Source of the DNA: Phaeosaccion multiseriatum
Lineage: Eukaryota; Protista; Ochrophyta, other classes
DNA length: 64,000 bases
Assembly: GCA_965112735.1 (NCBI GenBank)
Contig: OZ218963.1
Span: forward strand, 930,001-994,000
Direction of reading: 5' to 3'
The notes under the pieces were generated by a model, which worked only from the letters and a program-made list of their open reading frames with translations, searched no databases and had not been told where the DNA came from. This document shows, in pieces, positions 59,293-64,000 of the stretch (positions within the stretch are counted from its first letter, which is position 1; each line of letters opens with the position of its first letter). Both the position numbers and the translations under genes were made by a program.

Positions 59293-60691
59293 TCCTCCCG
59301 TTGTTCGAGACAAATTGGGATGGAAGATTGGAAGAATGGAGAACCAATGCAACAACGTCGTCGACAACCACATCGAATCTCAATCTCCGCTCCTTTTCTC
59401 TCCTTCTTCTAAATCTCTTTACTCTCCAAGCTGTCGCCGCACCAGCGGGCACGCTATCAGCTATCACCCTGCGCACTACCAGCTATTGCCCGCTAATAGC
59501 TATGCCCCGCCCCTCCCCCCGGCCCGGCAAGAAGGAAGAGGGAAGAGGGAGGAAAATACCAGGCATATGGGCAGCGTATAAAAGGCCTCGCGCCAGCCGC
59601 CACGCTGTCAGCTCACCACGCCCTCGCGCATTCACTCACTCACTCACTCACAGGAAGTCTGGGCCCGCCCAGTCGCACTGAGAGGGCAGAGAATCACCGC
59701 GGGCACTTAGCTAGTATCTCGGAACAGAAAGAGGGGGAGAGGAGGGAGGGAAAAGGAAGGATTAAGAGGCGCACTCATGGCTCACGTGAAGGGCCACATC
59801 AAGAGCCTGATTCAGCAGCACCTCTAGCATGTAAGTAATTTGAGTGGGAAGTCGAGGGCGGGAAGTCGATGAGGAGGCCGAGGTCGAGCGACATGCATGC
59901 GAAGGGGACCAAAGAGGCCCAGGGGGGGAGTAGCAAGGGGTGAGTGTGCGTGTAAGAAAAACGATATTGGTTCATGTGGTTGACGGCGAGGTGTGGCGAG
60001 GTGGGGAGCGAGAGAGGAGGCAGGGAGGCAGGGCGGGGTTGACGTCTACGGGGCCGGTACAACGTTGGCTGGAACAAGCACAGGATAGGCAGCTACTGGT
60101 GCAAGGGGGTCAGGAGGACACGGGTATGCCGAGAGGTCGTGTGGGTATTAGTAACGTTTTAAGACACACATCTACATCTGAACTAGCTACTATTTCCTTC
60201 TTTGTGAGGAGCTTGGAGTAAACATCGAGTAGCAAAAGAGGAGGAAACAGCCACCAGCTAAGAGTGGAGTTGAGAAGGCAGGGGCGCCACTGCCCTGGCT
60301 GGCTCACTCGCTAACATCTCCATCAGTCTACGGCGGGCACGCTCGAGGAGGGAGATTCCGTACGGCTCCCTGCTCCGGGGCACCATGCCTGCCAATGAAG
60401 CAGCGACCAGCCAGCCAGGCAGCCACGCTGGACTGGGAACTCAGCCATGGCTGGGGAGTGCTTCTCACGGACGAAGCAAGTACACGGAGCTGCGCTCACC
60501 AACTTCGATGTGTATGGCAAATGGCACTGCTGATAGCACTTTTCGGCCGACACTTTAGTCCTTGCTAGCTAAATATGGACGGAGGAGAAGAGAAGGAGGA
60601 AGAAGAGGAGGGGGCTGATAAAGCTCTAAAAAAGTCAGTAGCAAACGACTTAAGCAACTAGTCTACAGAGCCAGTTCGCTCCATCATACAA

Positions 60692-63600
60692 CTCACTCAC
60701 ACACTCACGTACTGGCTGATCCTCACACTCCTCACTCACTCACTCACTCACTCACTCACTCACTCACACACTCACTCACACACTCACTCACAATCACTCA
60801 CTCACTCACACACTCACGTACTGGCTGATCCTCACACTCCTCACTCACTCACTCACTCACTCACTCACTCACTCACTCACTCACACACTCACTCACTCAC
60901 TCACTCACTCACACACTCACGTACTGGCTGATCCTCACACTCCTCACTCACTCACTCACTCACACACTCACTCACTCACTCACTCACTCACTCATCGGCC
61001 CCACCAGGCGAGGTTTCTCCGACTTGTAGGCCCCTCCTGGCTTCTGGCCGCAGGTCAGCGCTGGCTTCTCGGCTTTCGGCCGTAGGCCGCCTATCGTGGC
61101 TTCCGGCTTGTCACCCTTTCCCGCTGGCGACTGGCTTCTGCTGGTCGCAGCCCAGCCCCTGGCTTCTCGGCTTTCGGTCTCAGGCCGCCTCTGGCTTCTG
61201 CTTCTTATCGGGGGCCAGAGAAACCTCGCCTGGGGCCGATCACTCACTCTCACTCACTCCCTCACTCACTTACTCACTCCTTCCCTCACTCACACACACT
61301 CACTCACTCACTCACTCACTCACTCACTCACTCCCCCGCTCCCCAACTCACTCACGCAGTCACTAAGTCAGTAACTCCCTTGCTCACTCACTCACTAAAT
61401 CACTCCCTCGTAGTCATAAGCAACCGATCTAAGTACCATCCTCCACTCACTTACTCACTCACTCACGCACACAATACCCCCCCGCTATCACTTACTCACT
61501 CACTCACCAGCCAGTCACTCACTCACTCATTCACTCCCTCCCTCCCTCCCTGGCTCACTCACTCACTCACTCACTCACTCACTCACTCACCCACTCACTC
61601 ACTCACTCACTCACCCACCCACTCACTCACTCACTCACTCACTCACTCACTCCCTCACTTACTCACTCACTCACTTTCTCAATCACTCACTCACTCGCTC
61701 GCTCACTCTATCCCACACTCACTCACACACTCACTCACTCACGCACTCAATTAATCCCTCACTCACACACTCACTCACTCGCTCACTCCCTCACACACTC
61801 ACTCACTCGCCCAGTAACTCCCTCTCTCACACACTCACTAAATCACTCTCTCATAGTCATAAGCAACCGCTCTAAGTACCGTCCTACACTCACTTACTCA
61901 CTCACTAACCAGTCACTCACTCACACACACACTCACTCACACACTCACTCACTCACTCACTCTCTCACTCACTCACTCACTCCCACCCTCACTCACTCAC
62001 GCATTCACTCACTCACTCACAAACGCACTCACTCACTCACTCACTCACTCACTCACTCACTCACTCACTCACTCACTCACTCACTCACTCACTCACTCAC
62101 TCACTCACTCAGCCCCTCACTCACTCACTCACTCACTCACTCACTCACTCACTCACCCACTCACTCACTCACTCACTCACTCACTCACTCACTCACTCAC
62201 TCACTCAGCCCCTCACTCAATAGCTCAATCCCTCAGGGAAAAGAAGAAAATCAAACACTCCCTCTCTCCCTTCCTCACTCACTCACACACTCACTCACTC
62301 ACTCACACACTCACTCACCCACTCACTCACTTACTCACTCACTAGCTCACTCACTCACTCACTCGCTCGCTCACTCTATCCCACACTCACTTACACATTC
62401 ACTCCCTCCCTCGCTCCCTCACTCACTCCCTCCCTCCCTCCCTCACTCACTCACTCACTCACGCACTCACTCACTCACTCACTCCCTCCCTCACTCGGCC
62501 CCTCACTCATTAGCTCAATACCCACTACTAGTCACTCACTCACTCCCTCACTCACTCCCTCACTCGCTCCCTCCCTCCATCCCCCCTCAATCACACACTC
62601 ACTCACACACTCCCTCCCTCCCTCCCTCACTCACTCACTCACTCACTCACTCACACACTCACTCACTTACTCCCTCACTCAGCCCCTCGCTCACTTTCTC
62701 AATCACTCACTCACTCGCTCACTCACTCTATCCCACACTCACTCACACACTCACTCACTCACGCACTCACTCACACACTCAATTAATCCCTCACTCACAC
62801 ACTCGCTCACTCGCTCACTCCCTCACGCGCTCCCTCACTCCCCCCCCTCTCTCACACACTCACTAAATCACTCCATCATAGTCATACGCAACCGATCTAA
62901 GTACCGTCCTACACTCACTCTTACTCAGCCCCTCACTCACTAGATCAATCACTCACTCATTAGCTCGCTCACTCTCTCCATCCCACACACACTCACACAC
63001 TCACTCACTCACTCCCTCACTCACTAAAATAATCCCTCACTCACTCACTCACTCACTCAGGCACTCACTCACACACTCACTCACTCACTCACTAAGTCAG
63101 TCACTCACGCGCTCGCTCACTCACTCCCTCACTCACTCACTCACTCACTCCCTCACTCACTCACTCACTCACTCACTCACTCACTCACTCACTCACAAAA
63201 AAAAAGAACAATTACTCAGTCACTGGCTCGCTCACACTCTCCATCCCATACACACTCACTTACTCACTCACTCACCCACTCACTCACTCAATTATTCCCT
63301 CACTCACTCACTCACTCACTCACTCACTCACTCAATCACTCACTCACACACTCACTCACCCACTCACCCACTCACTCCGTCACTCCCTTACTCACTCACC
63401 CACTCACTTACTCCCTCCCTTCCTCCCTCCCTCCCTCACTCGATCACTCACTCACTCACTCCCTCCCTCCCTCCCTCACTCACTCACTCACTTACTCACT
63501 CACTCACTCACTCAATCACTCACTCACTCACTAATTCACTCACTCATTCACTCACTCACTCACTCACTCACCCACTCACTCACTCACCCACTCCCTCACT

Positions 63601-64000
63601 CACTCACTCACTCACTCACTCACTCACTCACTCCCTCACTCGGCCCCTCACTCATTAGCTCAATACCCACTACTAGTCACTCACTCACTCCCTCACTCAC
63701 TCCCTCACTCGCTCCCTCCCTCCATCCCCCCTCAATCACACACTCACTCACACACTCCCTCCCTCCCTCACTCACTCACTCACTCACTCACTCACACACT
63801 CACTCACTTACTCCCTCACTCAGCCCCTCGCTCACTTTCTCAATCACTCACTCACTCGCTCGCTCACTCTATCCCACACTCACTCACACACTCACTCACT
63901 CACGCACTCACTCACACACTCAATTAATCCCTCACTCACACACTCGCTCACTCGCTCACTCCCTCACGCGCTCCCTCACTCCCCCCCCTCTCTCACACAC
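60692..64000. repeat. Large degenerate (CACT)n satellite with higher-order duplications, running off the window
   Basis: More than 3 kb of CACT/CCCT units; unique punctuations repeated, e.g. CACGTACTGGCTGATCCTCAC x3 and GCAACCG(A)TCTAAGTACC x3; ~62480-62860 closely matches ~63630-64000. Confidence 0.95.
60996..61238. mobile_element. 243-bp MITE-like non-autonomous DNA transposon
   Basis: Terminal inverted repeats CGGCCCC(ACC)AGGCGAGGTTTCTC ... GAGAAACCTCGCCTGGGGCCG, flanked by AT on both sides, with internal GGCTTCT subrepeats, interrupting a (CACT)n array. Confidence 0.8.

Noticed and set aside
59600-60690. Possible exons of a further gene
   Set aside because: No consistent spliced frame or recognisable motif could be assembled.
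60692-64000. Telomeric repeat or THSL-repeat protein
   Set aside because: The unit is CACT, not a TTAGGG-like telomere motif; the ORFs are repeat translations.
1-64000. Prokaryotic operon or defence-system interpretation; tRNA/rRNA genes
   Set aside because: Spliceosomal introns occur throughout, and no cloverleaf or rRNA-like sequence was recognised by eye.

Overview
Gene-dense, intron-rich (mostly GT-AG, at least two GC-AG) eukaryotic nuclear DNA, most likely from a flagellated photosynthetic stramenopile (ochrophyte). This is inferred from bipartite plastid presequences, ciliary genes, a GT48 beta-1,3-glucan synthase and an EsV-1-7-type motif; the species cannot be determined. About 16 spliced genes can be reconstructed: WRAP53/TCAB1 (5'-truncated), a predicted thylakoid-lumen Lys/Ala-rich protein, an OCRL/INPP5B-like 5-phosphatase, mitochondrial uL3, a DUF3082 protein, a ~17-kb glucan synthase gene with an N-terminal TMEM198/DUF4203-like module, a small secreted protein, a 4-TM protein, a ~2300-aa PWWP/EsV-1-7/CXXC/pseudo-HDAC chromatin protein, CFAP57-like, an HMG-CoA synthase-ketosynthase fusion, a DUF445 protein, DPM2, a RanBP2-ZnF/RS protein, DNAI1 and NSRP1/CCDC55. 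There is also an intronless pseudogene broken by micro-duplications, a 243-bp MITE inside a >3-kb (CACT)n satellite, a dispersed GCTATC-rich intergenic element and many intronic micro/minisatellites. Most ORF-track entries are shadows or repeat translations. Exon boundaries were read by eye and no database searches were run. The top hunting targets are the HMGS-KS fusion, the reader-plus-dead-HDAC protein, the TMEM198-GT48 fusion and the MITE.
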